Positions 63,598-64,000 of a stretch of DNA of 64,000 nt are shown piece by piece. Within the stretch, counting starts at the first letter, position 1. Each line of letters begins with the position of its first letter. Below the pieces are notes generated by a model. That model was not told the DNA's origin, did not search any database, and worked only from the letters and a program-made list of their open reading frames with translations. A program made the translations under genes and the position numbers. The DNA comes from Sphingomonas sp. (GTDB lineage Bacteria > Pseudomonadota > Alphaproteobacteria > Sphingomonadales > Sphingomonadaceae): assembly GCA_051954635.1 (NCBI GenBank), contig JBQCHO010000109.1:10411-74410 (forward strand), in the 5' to 3' direction.

Positions 63598-64000
63598 ATG
63601 TCCACCACCTATACGATCGACAGCTCGACCAGCCGCGCGACCCCGGTCTCCGCGCCGATGAAGCGACTGACGGTGCCCGCGATCCGCAAGCGCAAGGCCG
63701 AGATGAGCGAGGGCGGCAAGCCGCTGGTGATGCTCACCGCTTATACGGTGCGGATGGCGCAACTGCTCGATCCGCATTGCGATATGTTGCTGGTCGGCGA
63801 CAGCCTGGGGCAGGTGATCTACGGCCTGCCGTCGACGATCCCGGTCACGCTGGAGATGATGGCCGCGCACGGCGCGGCGGTGGTGCGCGGCAGCTATCAC
63901 AGCCTGGTCGTCATCGACATGCCGTTCGGCAGCTACGAAGCGTCGCCGCACCAGGCGTTCGAAAGCGCGTCGTGGCTGCTCAAGCAGACCGGTGCGGCGG
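63598..64000 (+). CDS. panB: 3-methyl-2-oxobutanoate hydroxymethyltransferase (ketopantoate hydroxymethyltransferase), 5' partial at window end
   Basis: [54 protein letters not shown]... is typical PanB. It runs off the window, so it is not in the ORF track. Confidence 0.85.
   Translation, partial: MSTTYTIDSSTSRATPVSAPMKRLTVPAIRKRKAEMSEGGKPLVMLTAYTVRMAQLLDPHCDMLLVGDSLGQVIYGLPSTIPVTLEMMAAHGAAVVRGSYHSLVVIDMPFGSYEASPHQAFESASWLLKQTGAA

Overview
High-GC (roughly 62-68% by eye) alphaproteobacterial DNA; the gene content looks Sphingomonadaceae-like, which is an impression and not a computed result. The window has two parts. (1) Positions 1 to ~34.6 kb look horizontally acquired. A conjugation module at 0.2-15.2 kb has VirD2-like relaxase, TraG/VirD4, CopG, TrbBCDEJLFGI, DUF2274 and an AlpA-like HTH. 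It is followed by ~19 kb of slightly lower-GC cargo. The cargo ends at an orphan 3' fragment of a CAT-anticodon tRNA (34547-34591), which I read as a candidate attR. No integrase is in the window, so the left end of the element would lie upstream of position 1. The cargo resembles a portable general-stress-response (GSR) package. It has a GAF-PAS-HWE kinase, a Crp/Fnr regulator and a FATGUY-type single-domain response regulator. It also has three SDRs, a Zn-ADH, an SRPBCC protein, an isochorismatase, an ATP-dependent DNA ligase and a low-affinity iron permease. A perfect GGAAC-N16-CGTT (sigma-EcfG-type) promoter motif precedes a small hydrophilic protein, an MFS transporter and an ATGA-coupled 751-aa protein I cannot place in any family. 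(2) Positions ~34.6-64 kb look chromosomal. They hold a scar of two truncated genes and tRNA-Ala(CGC). They also hold an EcfG-motif-preceded SWFGD/DUF2171 protein and a TetR-linked AcrAB/NodT-type RND pump with a coupled 130-aa ORF. Further on are an 1148-aa GH18-like/CE4/GT2 fusion, a tightly packed PepSY-RR-HK-OMF-MFP-RND-PAP2 operon, tRNA-Pro(CGG), a GltS-like FMN enzyme and the 5' end of panB. Many long ORFs in the track are antisense or out-of-frame shadows typical of high-GC DNA. No CRISPR array, rRNA, transposase or integrase was seen.
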